A stretch of DNA of 64,000 nucleotides from a virus. Lineage: Duplodnaviria > Caudoviricetes. The notes beneath the pieces were generated by a model, which was not told where the DNA came from, searched no databases, and was given only the letters and a program-made list of their open reading frames with translations. This document shows positions 48,794 to 59,260 of this stretch, in pieces. Where the stretch lies: the IMG/VR virus record IMGVR_UViG_3300020460_000012; one strand, written 5' to 3'. The first letter of the stretch is position 1. The number at the start of each line of letters is the position of its first letter. The position numbers and the translations under genes are program-made.

Positions 48794-50269
48794 ATGGCAT
48801 ATCAAATAGACAGATACAATAATACGCTTTTAACAAACGTAGAAGATGGTACCGTTGACCAAACCACGGATTTAAAGTTCATTGGTAAGAATTATGCAGG
48901 TTACGGTGAAATTCAAAACGAAAACTTCCTGTTTTTGTTGGAAAATTTTAGTGGAGCGACAGCACCTGCTAAGCCACTAAGTGGTCAAGTTTGGTATGAT
49001 AGCTCTGTTTCAAAGTTAAAATTTTATGACGGAACAAAGTGGAGAACAAACGGAGGTTCAGAAGCGGCTTCCACAGAACCAACAGGGTTATCAATTGGCG
49101 ATTTTTGGTTCGATACAACAAATAATCAATTATATGTTTATAACGGAACAATTTTTGTTTTAATAGGTCCACAAAACGCAGGTAGCGGTATTACACAAAT
49201 GCAAAGCTTATCTTTGCTGGACACAGGCGGTACTACAAGAAATGTAATAGCAGGAACAATTAATAGTGAAACTGTTATGCTTATTAGTACTAACGAGTTT
49301 GATATTGCCGCAAGTAATTCAATAACAGGATTTGACAGAGTTAAAAAGGGTATTACTTTAGTTAATACACAATTAGCAAGTAATGGAGTAACAACACCAG
49401 CAGGACACTATTTTTGGGGTACAGCATCTGATTCGTTAAGATTAGGAGGTGTTCTTGCATCTAACTTTATACAACAATCATCAGGTGGTGCTAATACTGT
49501 GTTTACTACTACAGTTGAATTTCCTGATAGCGGAATTCAAATTGGCAATTCACAAGATTTACAATTATTAATTGAAAACGGTACAGAAGGTGTTATACAG
49601 AACGTTACTGGTAATAACAGTAAGATTAAAGTTAAAAGTACAAATGGATCTGGCACTACAACACACTCAGTAACATTTGATTCTACAGGAATTACTCCAG
49701 CAGTAGATAATACATTTGCTTTGGGTAGCGGATCATTAAAGTTTTCAAATGTATATGCAACTAATTTTACAGGTGAGGCTTCACAAGCAACTGCACTTAG
49801 AGTAGGTACAGATTTTAGAACCGCAAGTGCAAGTGCATCAAATAATACGGTAGCTGTAAGAGATGCAACAGGCAATATTGCGGCTAACTTATTTCAAGGA
49901 ACTGCTACACAGGCAAGGTACGCTGACTTAGCAGAAAATTATTTAACTGATGAAATATATCCAGTAGGTACAGCAATGGCTGTAGGCGGCGATGCAGAAG
50001 CAAGATCCGCAAAAGTTGGAGATTATTGTATTGGTGTAATATCTGAGAATCCAGCTTACTTAATGAACTCAGAAGCGGGGGGCCAAGCAATTGGCTTAAA
50101 AGGTAGAGTTCCTGTTAGGGTAAACGGTCCAGTTTCAAAAGGGCAAGCAGTTTTTGCTTGGAAAGACGGAGTATGTAGTACTATTACTACGAATGCGTTA
50201 GTTGGTATTGCACTTGAAACAAGTACTGAAGATGGTGAAAAATTAGTCGAATGTGTACTCAAAGTTTAA
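48794..50269 (+). CDS. Tail fibre protein with a C-terminal YADLAE (intramolecular chaperone-like) domain
   Basis: Shared N-terminus; QARYADLAENY, IGVISENPAYLMN and GLKGRVPVRV. Confidence 0.7.
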   Translation: MAYQIDRYNNTLLTNVEDGTVDQTTDLKFIGKNYAGYGEIQNENFLFLLENFSGATAPAKPLSGQVWYDSSVSKLKFYDGTKWRTNGGSEAASTEPTGLSIGDFWFDTTNNQLYVYNGTIFVLIGPQNAGSGITQMQSLSLLDTGGTTRNVIAGTINSETVMLISTNEFDIAASNSITGFDRVKKGITLVNTQLASNGVTTPAGHYFWGTASDSLRLGGVLASNFIQQSSGGANTVFTTTVEFPDSGIQIGNSQDLQLLIENGTEGVIQNVTGNNSKIKVKSTNGSGTTTHSVTFDSTGITPAVDNTFALGSGSLKFSNVYATNFTGEASQATALRVGTDFRTASASASNNTVAVRDATGNIAANLFQGTATQARYADLAENYLTDEIYPVGTAMAVGGDAEARSAKVGDYCIGVISENPAYLMNSEAGGQAIGLKGRVPVRVNGPVSKGQAVFAWKDGVCSTITTNALVGIALETSTEDGEKLVECVLKV

Positions 50270-50278
50270 GGATCGATT

Positions 50279-51220
50279 ATGGCAGATATTACCGCGGCTC
50301 GATTAAATAACTTACAATCGAGAATAGCATTAATACTTGGAACAGGAAGCGGCACTAGCGGTTACGGACAAACCCTAGTATCCTCCCAAGTTGTCGCTGA
50401 TTCAATCGTAGATGCGGACGATATCAATAATATTTTTACTGACATGGTTAAAGCAAGGATACACCAAGTAGGTATCCAAGAAACAGGAATTAGACAAGTT
50501 GTTGAAGACCTAAATACTATTGCAGAAGAAACAAGTAAAAATATTGATAATTCAGGTAATGAAACAGCTGATGCTGAAGGTACAAAAAAAGGTATAGCTG
50601 ACTATGAGTCATTAATGACTCAAATAGAAACTGACAAATTATTACTTCATTCAAGTCAAGCTGCCTTAGAACCACAACTTACAAGCACAAGAACAACTAC
50701 TTGGAACGGAATAATTACACATATATTTCAAGTTACTTGGGGATCAGCTGACGAAAGACGTCATTTTTTTAATGCAGGTGGAGAAATAAGATTATCTGCA
50801 AATAATTCAGGAGCAAACGGTCCTAAAGGATTAGATTGGGCCGCATTATGTAGTGAAATTGGTGTAGTAAAATTCGGGCAAGATACTACTACAGCAACTG
50901 GTTCAGGTACTAGTTATGCAATCGGAAACAATGATGTGACATCTGCATATCAAAACTGTTTTCAGAAAGTAGGAGCAGGCACATACAGTGGAATTTATGC
51001 TGGTAACCTATACACAGTAAAAGTTAGAATGCCAAATGCAGGCATTAACGAAGGTGTGCTTGAATTTAGAATAGAATTCAATGATGTTGTTTTTGACAAC
51101 ACAGTAGATAATAATGTTGACGGAGCACTAACAAGTACAGTTCAGCAGTATAGAGCAGTTGGTCCTACAAGTGTTACTTCTGTAAGTCCTACATATTTTA
51201 CTACTGATGCACTCCAGTAA
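50279..51220 (+). CDS. Virion structural protein (paralog of 51272..52219)
   Basis: RRHFFNAGGEIR / GLDWAAL versus RRQFFNAGGKIR / SLDWKNM in the next gene. Confidence 0.6.
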   Translation: MADITAARLNNLQSRIALILGTGSGTSGYGQTLVSSQVVADSIVDADDINNIFTDMVKARIHQVGIQETGIRQVVEDLNTIAEETSKNIDNSGNETADAEGTKKGIADYESLMTQIETDKLLLHSSQAALEPQLTSTRTTTWNGIITHIFQVTWGSADERRHFFNAGGEIRLSANNSGANGPKGLDWAALCSEIGVVKFGQDTTTATGSGTSYAIGNNDVTSAYQNCFQKVGAGTYSGIYAGNLYTVKVRMPNAGINEGVLEFRIEFNDVVFDNTVDNNVDGALTSTVQQYRAVGPTSVTSVSPTYFTTDALQ

Positions 51221-51244
51221 ATTTTTTACCCCCACTTCAAACGC

Positions 51245-51250
51245 TAAATA
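51245..51250 (+). promoter_or_regulatory. Late promoter core TAAATA
   Basis: Upstream of 51272, with a GAGG SD. Confidence 0.5.
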
Positions 51251-51271
51251 GTACTATAGAGAGGTTATTTC

Positions 51272-52219
51272 ATGCCAACTAAGGTACTAGCATCACGTTT
51301 TAACACATTAAAAGATAGAATAGAAAATATTCTAGGTCCCGCCGAAGAAACTAATAGGGTAGCGGCAAATAATGGTTATTCGTATGGATACGGACAAGCA
51401 CTAGGACCATTAGTAGACCAATCTAGTAGTAATGATTTAATAGATGCTTTAGCTTACAAGCAATTATATATAAATGTACTAAAAATTAGATTTCATCAGG
51501 TAGGCACATCTGCATTTACAGCTGATCCTTTCGTTGTAGGAGATTTTGCAACAAACGCCGCATCTACAGATAAAATTTTAGAAGCGTATATTCAAGGTAT
51601 TGAAACTCTTGCAACTAATATGGAAAATGATAGACTTACAGTACATCCTTCGCAAGCGTCAATACAATCTATGGGAAGTAGCACTAGTGCAACAAGCTGG
51701 AATGGAACATTGTCACATATTTTCCAAATAACATTTACAGATGCACAAGCAAGAAGACAATTTTTTAATGCAGGCGGTAAAATTAGGTTTTCAACAAGTA
51801 TGAACTATACAGGAAGCCAAGCTAAAAGTCTTGATTGGAAAAATATGCTTGCACAAGTAGGAACAGTAGATTTTGCGTATAGTAGTACTATAAATTCAAC
51901 AGGCGTAGGACAGTCTTACGGAGGCATAGGGCATGATTATATGTTCAGCTACTATCAAACTGCATATTACAATTCAGGAGGAGGAGTATATAATCCGAAT
52001 AGATATACCGTATATGCTATGGAAATGAATGATAGTGTGTTACAATTTAAAGTCGAGTTTTCAGATCCTTCCTATGGAGTACCAGACGAAACTGTTCTTG
52101 GTGCTGTAACTAGTGATATAGAAGCTGTAGTTCCAGATGGTACCGCATCTATTGACGGCACTATGCAAACAACCGTATCTGTACCATCCCCTACATACAC
52201 ACTTGTATCTAACTTATAA
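51272..52219 (+). CDS. Virion structural protein (paralog of 50279..51220)
   Basis: Similar length and shared motifs with the preceding gene. Confidence 0.6.
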   Translation: MPTKVLASRFNTLKDRIENILGPAEETNRVAANNGYSYGYGQALGPLVDQSSSNDLIDALAYKQLYINVLKIRFHQVGTSAFTADPFVVGDFATNAASTDKILEAYIQGIETLATNMENDRLTVHPSQASIQSMGSSTSATSWNGTLSHIFQITFTDAQARRQFFNAGGKIRFSTSMNYTGSQAKSLDWKNMLAQVGTVDFAYSSTINSTGVGQSYGGIGHDYMFSYYQTAYYNSGGGVYNPNRYTVYAMEMNDSVLQFKVEFSDPSYGVPDETVLGAVTSDIEAVVPDGTASIDGTMQTTVSVPSPTYTLVSNL

Positions 52220-52222
52220 TTA

Positions 52223-52251
52223 TTGACATATATTCATAATAATGCTATAAT
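52223..52251 (+). promoter_or_regulatory. Sigma70-type promoter TTGACA-N17-TATAAT with extended -10 (TG) upstream of the glycosylation cluster
   Basis: TTGACA 52223-52228 and TATAAT 52246-52251. Confidence 0.85.
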
Positions 52252-52319
52252 ACTGTAGTTCAGTCTTTGTCATTTAGTACCTAAAGATTGAATAAGTACT
52301 ACTATTATAGGAGGTTTCT

Positions 52320-52679
52320 ATGGACGAAAAGTTATCAAAAGCATTAGACTTTTCTAATTATATGGTTACTCTAAATAACCAAAAAAGACTACTTAACGAA
52401 AAATATGCAGAAAATTTATTACATTTTACTAATGGTGGACAATTTACTGTTACTAAAGAACTTATAAATTTTGTAAAACTACTAATTGATAACCATCAAA
52501 ACGACGATGTGGTTCTTACAGACGATAATGATATTCCTCTCATAATCGACGATATTGAAGCTTTTTACCAAGACATAATTAATGTTTATTTTGAAGCGTC
52601 CAACTCTTATCACTCAGAATATATGAAATTAAAAACACAACGTAGTGTGGAGAACCTCGTCGATCATGCAGAAAAGTAG
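52320..52679 (+). CDS. Hypothetical protein
   Basis: 119-aa ORF with an AGGAGG SD; first gene of the operon. Confidence 0.7.
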   Translation: MDEKLSKALDFSNYMVTLNNQKRLLNEKYAENLLHFTNGGQFTVTKELINFVKLLIDNHQNDDVVLTDDNDIPLIIDDIEAFYQDIINVYFEASNSYHSEYMKLKTQRSVENLVDHAEK

Positions 52680-53520
52680 AGGGGCATTATTAATTGCTAA
52701 AAATAATACACAAGTTGATTACATAAAGCAAGCAGTTTTTTTAGCAAAACGAATAAAAAAGTTTCTTAATATCGGAACTTCAGTGATAACAGATTCTACA
52801 GAATATTTAGAATCTGCATTTGATAGTTCTATATTTGATAAAGTTATTTCCTTGAATAGTCATTCGGAAAAAAATGAAAGATTATATTTTGATGGAGCTA
52901 TGTATCAAAAACAAGCTACATTTAAAAATAGATCTAGAAGTAAAGCCTTTGATTTATCACCTTATTATGAAACTCTTCTTTTAGATACTGATTATATTAT
53001 TTCTAATAATTTATTAGGATCTTGTTTTAATTCTGATGACGATTTTATGATATATAAAAAATCCTCAGATATTGCACAAGTAAGAAATGAACAAGAATTT
53101 AAATATATAAGCGATACTGGAGTTCCTTTTTATTGGGCTACATGTGTATTTTTTAGAAAAACTAATGTTAATAAAATATACTTTGATCTAGTAAAGCATA
53201 TCGAAGAAGAATGGGATCATTACCGAAGAGCATACCAAATTACCTCTTCTCTGTTTAGAAATGATTTTGCTTTTAGTATTGCAATACATATTATGAATGG
53301 ATTTGCTCAAGGTACTTTCGCAAAAGAATTGCCAGGCAAAATGCTATACACAACAGATAAAGATATACTTTGGAAATTAGACGATGATAAAATGATGTTC
53401 CTTGTTGAAAAGAAAGATTACATGGGAGAATATACAGCTTTAAGCACAAAAGGACAAACTATACATGTTATGAATAAATTTAGTTTAGGTAGAATGATAG
53501 ACGAGGTAGAAAATGTCTAA
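52666..53520 (+). CDS. GT-A glycosyltransferase (GT8/mannosyltransferase-like)
   Basis: LLLDTDYII (DxD) and FRNDFAFSIA; start placed at ATG 52666 (MQKSRG). Confidence 0.65.
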   Translation: MQKSRGALLIAKNNTQVDYIKQAVFLAKRIKKFLNIGTSVITDSTEYLESAFDSSIFDKVISLNSHSEKNERLYFDGAMYQKQATFKNRSRSKAFDLSPYYETLLLDTDYIISNNLLGSCFNSDDDFMIYKKSSDIAQVRNEQEFKYISDTGVPFYWATCVFFRKTNVNKIYFDLVKHIEEEWDHYRRAYQITSSLFRNDFAFSIAIHIMNGFAQGTFAKELPGKMLYTTDKDILWKLDDDKMMFLVEKKDYMGEYTALSTKGQTIHVMNKFSLGRMIDEVENV

Positions 53521-54352
53521 AGGTATACTAGTACTTGCACAAAATCTTTCTGAAGTAAATTATGTAAAACAAGCAGAAGTGCTTGCAATGAGTCTTAAAG
53601 TTACTAATCCAGAAACTAAAATTAGTATTGTAACAAACGACAAAGTTGAGTTCAAAAATTTATTTGATAAGATAATAGAAATTCCATGGAATGATGACGC
53701 ACAGTTCAGTGACTGGAAAGTTGAAAATAGATGGAAGCTTTATCATGCTAGTCCTTATGATAAAACTATTGTAATGGATACTGATATGTTAATCTTGCAA
53801 GATATAACAACATGGTGGAAATTTTTAGAAAATTACAAATTGTTTTTTACTAGTAGTGTTCTTACATATAGAGGAGAAATTGCAGATACGCAATACTATC
53901 GAAAAGCATTTATTGCAAATAATCTTCCTAATCTTTTTGCAGGATTTCATTACTTTGAAAAATCAAATATGTCATTAGAATTTTACAAACTTTTAGAATT
54001 GGTCGTACAAAACTGGCAGGCGTTTTACGAAAAGTTTTTAGAAGGAGTCACAAGACCTAAACACGTTAGTATTGATGTGTGTGCTTCTATAGTAGCATTA
54101 ATTTTAGATTGTACAAATGATATTACAAATGCTAAAGCAAGTTTTCCTACATTTACTCATATGAAAAAATATTGTCAAGGATGGGTTGATGGGTCTGATA
54201 ACTGGCAAGATAGAGTCGGCTTTTATATGTCAAGAGATTGTGATATTAAGATTGGAAATTATAACCAAACAGGTATCTTGCATTATACTGAAAATGATTT
54301 TTTAGAAAAATCTCCAGTAATTGAAAGATACAGGAATTATTTAAATGTCTGA
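53513..54352 (+). CDS. GT-A glycosyltransferase (paralog of the preceding gene)
   Basis: SPYDKTIVMDTDML (DxD) and LHYT. Confidence 0.68.
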   Translation: MSKGILVLAQNLSEVNYVKQAEVLAMSLKVTNPETKISIVTNDKVEFKNLFDKIIEIPWNDDAQFSDWKVENRWKLYHASPYDKTIVMDTDMLILQDITTWWKFLENYKLFFTSSVLTYRGEIADTQYYRKAFIANNLPNLFAGFHYFEKSNMSLEFYKLLELVVQNWQAFYEKFLEGVTRPKHVSIDVCASIVALILDCTNDITNAKASFPTFTHMKKYCQGWVDGSDNWQDRVGFYMSRDCDIKIGNYNQTGILHYTENDFLEKSPVIERYRNYLNV

Positions 54353-55679
54353 TTTAAGCGAATTATTAAAAGCACTTACTACTAGTGTAGAAACTGATGA
54401 TCTTACGTATGTATACTATTACAGCGATAGCGGAGAAATATTTAAAATATCAGGTGTAATAGATGAGGTTGAAGAAGGGCAAGAAATACTTGAAGTACTT
54501 TACGATATTGCTAGTCCTATTCTAACTGGAGAAAAACGTACAACAGATTTTGTGGTCATTTATGATACTGCGTTAAAGCGTAAAACTTTAAAAGAAAAAA
54601 ACTATCAAGATACGTTTAAAACTGCATCTGCTATGTGCTATCAAATACCTGTTATTGCAAAAAGCCTTGCAGGTCATTTTTCGTTATCTGAAATTTATGA
54701 AGATGTAAAAGTCTACATATGGGTTAAAGAGTTAGCTTATAAAAAAGATGACATAGTTTGGTATAATGATAATGTCTATAAATTACTTGCAGATAACGGA
54801 AAGGATAAAAGATGGAGCAAAAAAAATTCTAAGTTGTTTATTGAAAATGTATTCTTATCTGACATTCCTACGCAAAAGTTTTCAGTGTTAGAATTAAAAT
54901 TTGAACAACAATATAAAGGTATACATGTTGATGTATGGTATGATGATTTAAATCATTTGGCAGGACAGCATGTATGGATAGGAGACTGTGTATATAAAAT
55001 ATTAGAAGACCAGCCCGCACACACAAATTTTGATCCAAAAAATGCAGAAATGCTAGTATCTAATGTAGCACTTAGGAACGACACAAACAAAAATCTTACT
55101 TTTACACAAATTATCGATGATGGAAAATTATATTTAGATTTTAATAAAATTTATAGTGCAAAAATTATAGAATCTCATTATGATAAAAGTGCAGATGATA
55201 TAGTTTATCATACAGATGAACGTCATATAATAGTTTGTAAAAAAGACTTTAAAATTCATATGGATACTTTTGACAAGAAAAAGTTTAATTATTTAAAAAC
55301 TGATTTAACATTACAAGATCAAAATACATTAAAAAACGGAGACAAAGTTTTACTAGGTACAAAATTATATAATGTACAGTTAAATAAAGAATTTGATATT
55401 ATAGTAACTCAACATACTAATGAAAAATTCTGGCAACTGAATATACACCCCTCGACATTAAAATATTTTCAAACAACTAATTATGATCAAGATGACCTTT
55501 TGTACTTTAGTATTACTGCAAAACATGATCCTAATATACTTTATAGGTCATTGAAAATACCATTATCAATGTTAGCTGATAAATTAGTAATTCCGTTTAA
55601 ATATGATGCAGAACATAAAGAAGATCTTAGTATATATACAGCAAAGTATTTTGATAGTTATGGACACGAAATTTTATGA
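54345..55679 (+). CDS. Hypothetical protein with inserted CBM5/12-like repeats
   Basis: IW..ELAYKKDDIVWYNDNVYKL and VW..LNHLAGQHVWIGDCVYKI. Confidence 0.5.
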   Translation: MSDLSELLKALTTSVETDDLTYVYYYSDSGEIFKISGVIDEVEEGQEILEVLYDIASPILTGEKRTTDFVVIYDTALKRKTLKEKNYQDTFKTASAMCYQIPVIAKSLAGHFSLSEIYEDVKVYIWVKELAYKKDDIVWYNDNVYKLLADNGKDKRWSKKNSKLFIENVFLSDIPTQKFSVLELKFEQQYKGIHVDVWYDDLNHLAGQHVWIGDCVYKILEDQPAHTNFDPKNAEMLVSNVALRNDTNKNLTFTQIIDDGKLYLDFNKIYSAKIIESHYDKSADDIVYHTDERHIIVCKKDFKIHMDTFDKKKFNYLKTDLTLQDQNTLKNGDKVLLGTKLYNVQLNKEFDIIVTQHTNEKFWQLNIHPSTLKYFQTTNYDQDDLLYFSITAKHDPNILYRSLKIPLSMLADKLVIPFKYDAEHKEDLSIYTAKYFDSYGHEIL

Positions 55680-56599
55680 CCAACAGATTTAAAGTAACAG
55701 ACTATGACATAATTTATTTAAGTTATGACGAACCTAATGCAGAAAAAAACTATGCAGACTTATGCAGTAAAGTTCCGTGGGCAAAACGTATACATGGAGT
55801 TGAAGGTTCTGACGCCGCACACAAAGCTTGTGCTGAAATAAGTGAAACTGATAGATTTATAACCGTAGATGGAGATAACATAATAGATCCTAAATTTATT
55901 CAGCAAGTTATAGATTTTGATGAACATGAAGATCTACAGCATAGTGTTATAAGTTGGGCAGGATATAATGTAGTCAATGGTTTAATGTATGGCAATGGCG
56001 GACTTAAATGTTGGCCAAAGAAATTTGTACTTAATATGCGTACCCATGAAAATGCTGATCCTAATAATGCTCATGCACAAGTTGACTTTTGTTGGGATAT
56101 AAATTATATTCAAATGAATAGTTGTTTTAGTTATGTATATAATAACCATACTGCCCAGCAAGCTTGGAGAGCAGGCTTTCGTGAAGGTGTGAAAATGGCA
56201 TTAGATAGAGGAGTGCGTGTTACGAAAGAGGAGTTTGCAAATTTACACTGGAAGAACTTACATAGGTTGTATATTTGGTTAACAGTTGGCAGCGATGCAA
56301 AAAATGGGCTTTGGGCAATATACGGAGCAAGAGAAGGCCTATACAAAACAATGGCTACAGAATGGGACTACATAAATGTAAGAGATTTTGAATATTTGAA
56401 CAACTATTGGAATGAGCAAGTAAAAATAGAAGAGGAAAATCTTTTAGATGCAGTGAAAAAATTAGGTAGCAAATTATTAAATGAATTAGATGTTCCTATC
56501 CCAGTAGATCCTTTTAGTGAAGAACAAAGCAAATTTTTTAAAACTGTTTATCAAAATCCTGGTAGGATGGCAAATCAATTCATTGATATTGAGAGATAA
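55676..56599 (+). CDS. GT-A (GT2-like) glycosyltransferase
   Basis: IIYLSYDEPNAE, AHKACA, FITVDGD (DxD) and YGNGGLKCW. Confidence 0.68.
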   Translation: MTNRFKVTDYDIIYLSYDEPNAEKNYADLCSKVPWAKRIHGVEGSDAAHKACAEISETDRFITVDGDNIIDPKFIQQVIDFDEHEDLQHSVISWAGYNVVNGLMYGNGGLKCWPKKFVLNMRTHENADPNNAHAQVDFCWDINYIQMNSCFSYVYNNHTAQQAWRAGFREGVKMALDRGVRVTKEEFANLHWKNLHRLYIWLTVGSDAKNGLWAIYGAREGLYKTMATEWDYINVRDFEYLNNYWNEQVKIEEENLLDAVKKLGSKLLNELDVPIPVDPFSEEQSKFFKTVYQNPGRMANQFIDIER

Positions 56600-56601
56600 A
56601 C

Positions 56602-58005
56602 ATGAGTCAAAGCAGTTATAATGCTGGAGCCGAATACGCTAGAGAGAAGCTAAAGCAAATTAGTTGTTCAATGTGTCTTGCAAAATGGACACAAGTAACA
56701 ATGCATTTGCATAATGGGCATACCCATAGCTGTCATCATCCTGCTCCTCATTTTATTCCTTTAGATGAAATAAAACAAAATCCCCATGCATTGCATAATA
56801 CAAAACATAAAATAAAACAACGCCAACTAATGCTTGCAGGAGAACAACCAGAAGAATGCAACTATTGTTGGAATATAGAAAATTTAAATCATGGGCATTT
56901 TAGTGATAGGCATTTTAAAAGTGGAGAAGATTGGAACGAAGGACAACTTGAAAAAATAAAAGCAAACCCTTTAGATGAAAATTTTTTACCAACTTATGTT
57001 GAAGTTAGTTTTAATAATACTTGTAATTTTGCTTGTATGTATTGCAGTCCACAAATATCTAGTAAATGGATGGAGGATATTGAACACGGTGGAGCATATG
57101 ACCTAGGAAATTATCAAGTCCATCATCTTGATTACTTACGCATTAAAAATCAAATACCAATTCCTAACAGAGAAGTTAATCCTTATATTGAAGCATTTTG
57201 GAAAATATGGCCTGAGCTATATACTAATTTAAAAGTTTTTAGAATTACAGGCGGAGAACCGTTGTTAAGTAAACACACATGGAAAGTATTAAAGTATATT
57301 CAAGATAATCCTAATCCAGATTTGATAATAGGAATAAACACAAATTTAGGAGTACAAGATGCTTTTATTGATAGATTAATACCTATAGCAAAAGATCTAA
57401 TTCTTAATAATAAAGTAAAAAACTTTGAATTATATACAAGCGTCGAAAGTACAGGAGTACAAGCAGAATATATTAGAGATGGATTAGATTATAAAAAGTT
57501 TATTAGCAATCTTAATAAAGTAACAAGCGAAATTCCAATGTTAGATTGGAAGTCAAAAACAGTTATTATGGCAACATATAATTTATTAAGTATTCCTAAT
57601 TTTAGAAATTTGCTAGAATGGTTACTTGAATGGCGTACTAAACATGGTTCAGCTACGTGGAAAAAGTTATGGTTAGATATAAGTTATTTAACTTATCCTA
57701 ACTGGCAAACTATTGCATTAGCTGATAATAATATGTTAGCTATAATGGAGTCTGATTTAAAATTTATGCAAGATCATAAAGAACAAGCAATAGGACATCA
57801 CGGATTTCAAGATACCGAAATTTCAAAAATGGCAAGGGCTGTAGACTATGTGACGCAAAATATAAGCAAAGATAAAACAACTGAGATGATGCAGTTTTAT
57901 AATTTTTTTAATGCTTATGATTTGAGAAGAAATAAAAACTTTGTAAAAACTTTTCCAGAATTTGCAAATTTTTATAGTAGGTGCAAAGAGGTAGCAAATG
58001 CATAA
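56602..58005 (+). CDS. Radical SAM enzyme with a twitch/SPASM-like Cys segment
   Basis: CNFACMYC (CxxxCxxC), GGEPLL; N-terminal CLAKW...HSCHH and EECNYCW. Confidence 0.85.
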   Translation: MSQSSYNAGAEYAREKLKQISCSMCLAKWTQVTMHLHNGHTHSCHHPAPHFIPLDEIKQNPHALHNTKHKIKQRQLMLAGEQPEECNYCWNIENLNHGHFSDRHFKSGEDWNEGQLEKIKANPLDENFLPTYVEVSFNNTCNFACMYCSPQISSKWMEDIEHGGAYDLGNYQVHHLDYLRIKNQIPIPNREVNPYIEAFWKIWPELYTNLKVFRITGGEPLLSKHTWKVLKYIQDNPNPDLIIGINTNLGVQDAFIDRLIPIAKDLILNNKVKNFELYTSVESTGVQAEYIRDGLDYKKFISNLNKVTSEIPMLDWKSKTVIMATYNLLSIPNFRNLLEWLLEWRTKHGSATWKKLWLDISYLTYPNWQTIALADNNMLAIMESDLKFMQDHKEQAIGHHGFQDTEISKMARAVDYVTQNISKDKTTEMMQFYNFFNAYDLRRNKNFVKTFPEFANFYSRCKEVANA

Positions 58006-59260
58006 AGTTCCAATATGGCATAGGACAGATTTAAACGACTATCCAGAAACTCCCGATGGTCAAAAGTTATACAAGTATCATTGTGGTATTAATTTAGATT
58101 ATTTGAATAATACTTACAATGCTCATGGTGATCCTGGTATTAACATAGGAGTAGCAGGTATACATAAAACAAGGGTATACGAAGATATTGATTCAAATTA
58201 CAAAGGAAAATATTACTATCCTTTTATATTGATGCAACCTATAGAAGGAGTACATTATGGTTCTGTGCCAGATAAACCTATTATAGATATTGAACCAGAA
58301 CATATATTAAATATAAAAACAGGTAGATGTAAAATTTTAATTGTGAATACCATGGAAGGTTGGGATCATAATTCGTTCTTTAAAATTTTAATTGATGCTA
58401 TCAAGAGTAAATATTTCCTAAAATATAATGATTTTGTAATACTGTCGGGCAATATGGAAGAAACCCAATATGGTACGCCTACTGTGTATCATAATTGGTG
58501 GGAACAGCATCTACGAGAGCACGATTTGGGAGAACTATTAGAACAAGGTGTCCTAAGCATGAATAATTGGGAAAGGCCACACAAGTTTATTTGTTTGAAT
58601 AGAAGACCTCACGCCCATAGAATAGCAATTACAACACTATTACATAATTATAAACACAAAGGTATACTTACACTTGCTAAAAAAGTTGACAACCATACAG
58701 AAGTTTTTGATAAAAATCTTAAACTTATGAATGAATACTATCCTGGATTAACAGCAAAGCCTAAAGCTATGAATCGTCTTCTTAAAGATTTACCTTTGGA
58801 ATATAATGACGGAGTAGACCCAAATACAGAAAATCCAGTACATGATGATGCCCCTGATAAATTTTATATGAGTTATCTACATGTCGTTACGGAAACATTT
58901 GGGAGAGGATCACAAACTTTTTTTAGTGAAAAAGTTTTCAAACCAATTATATACTTCCAGCCTTTTGTATTAGTGGGTGCATATAATGATTTGCATAGGT
59001 TAAAAAGTTTAGGTTATAAAACTTTTAATGGTATAATAGACGAAAGTTATGATGATATTAAGGATGACGAGAAAAGATTAATAGTGTTATCGAAAGAAAT
59101 AGGTAGAATTGTTTCTATGTCAAATGATGAAATTAATAATTTTTATCAAAGTTGCTACGACATCATGATGCACAATTTTTTCCATTGGATATATAGGCAA
59201 CAAACAATACATATTGATTTAAAAAATAATTTGTTAAGGAAGTTAAATGGATACGCCTAG
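57998..59260 (+). CDS. Putative GT-B-like glycosyltransferase
   Basis: FICLNRRPHAHR and VVTET...FSEKVFKPI...QPFVLVG...GYKTF...DESYD; paralog of 61404..62699. Confidence 0.5.
   Translation: MHKVPIWHRTDLNDYPETPDGQKLYKYHCGINLDYLNNTYNAHGDPGINIGVAGIHKTRVYEDIDSNYKGKYYYPFILMQPIEGVHYGSVPDKPIIDIEPEHILNIKTGRCKILIVNTMEGWDHNSFFKILIDAIKSKYFLKYNDFVILSGNMEETQYGTPTVYHNWWEQHLREHDLGELLEQGVLSMNNWERPHKFICLNRRPHAHRIAITTLLHNYKHKGILTLAKKVDNHTEVFDKNLKLMNEYYPGLTAKPKAMNRLLKDLPLEYNDGVDPNTENPVHDDAPDKFYMSYLHVVTETFGRGSQTFFSEKVFKPIIYFQPFVLVGAYNDLHRLKSLGYKTFNGIIDESYDDIKDDEKRLIVLSKEIGRIVSMSNDEINNFYQSCYDIMMHNFFHWIYRQQTIHIDLKNNLLRKLNGYA

Noticed and set aside
28028-50262. Short antisense or overlapping ORFs in the baseplate and fibre operon
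   Set aside because: All lie within long, motif-bearing sense genes and show no independent signals.
44821-50269. Diversity-generating retroelement or invertible fibre cassette
   Set aside because: No reverse transcriptase, invertase, adenine-variable repeat pair or flanking inverted repeats was seen; fibre similarity is ancient and protein-level.
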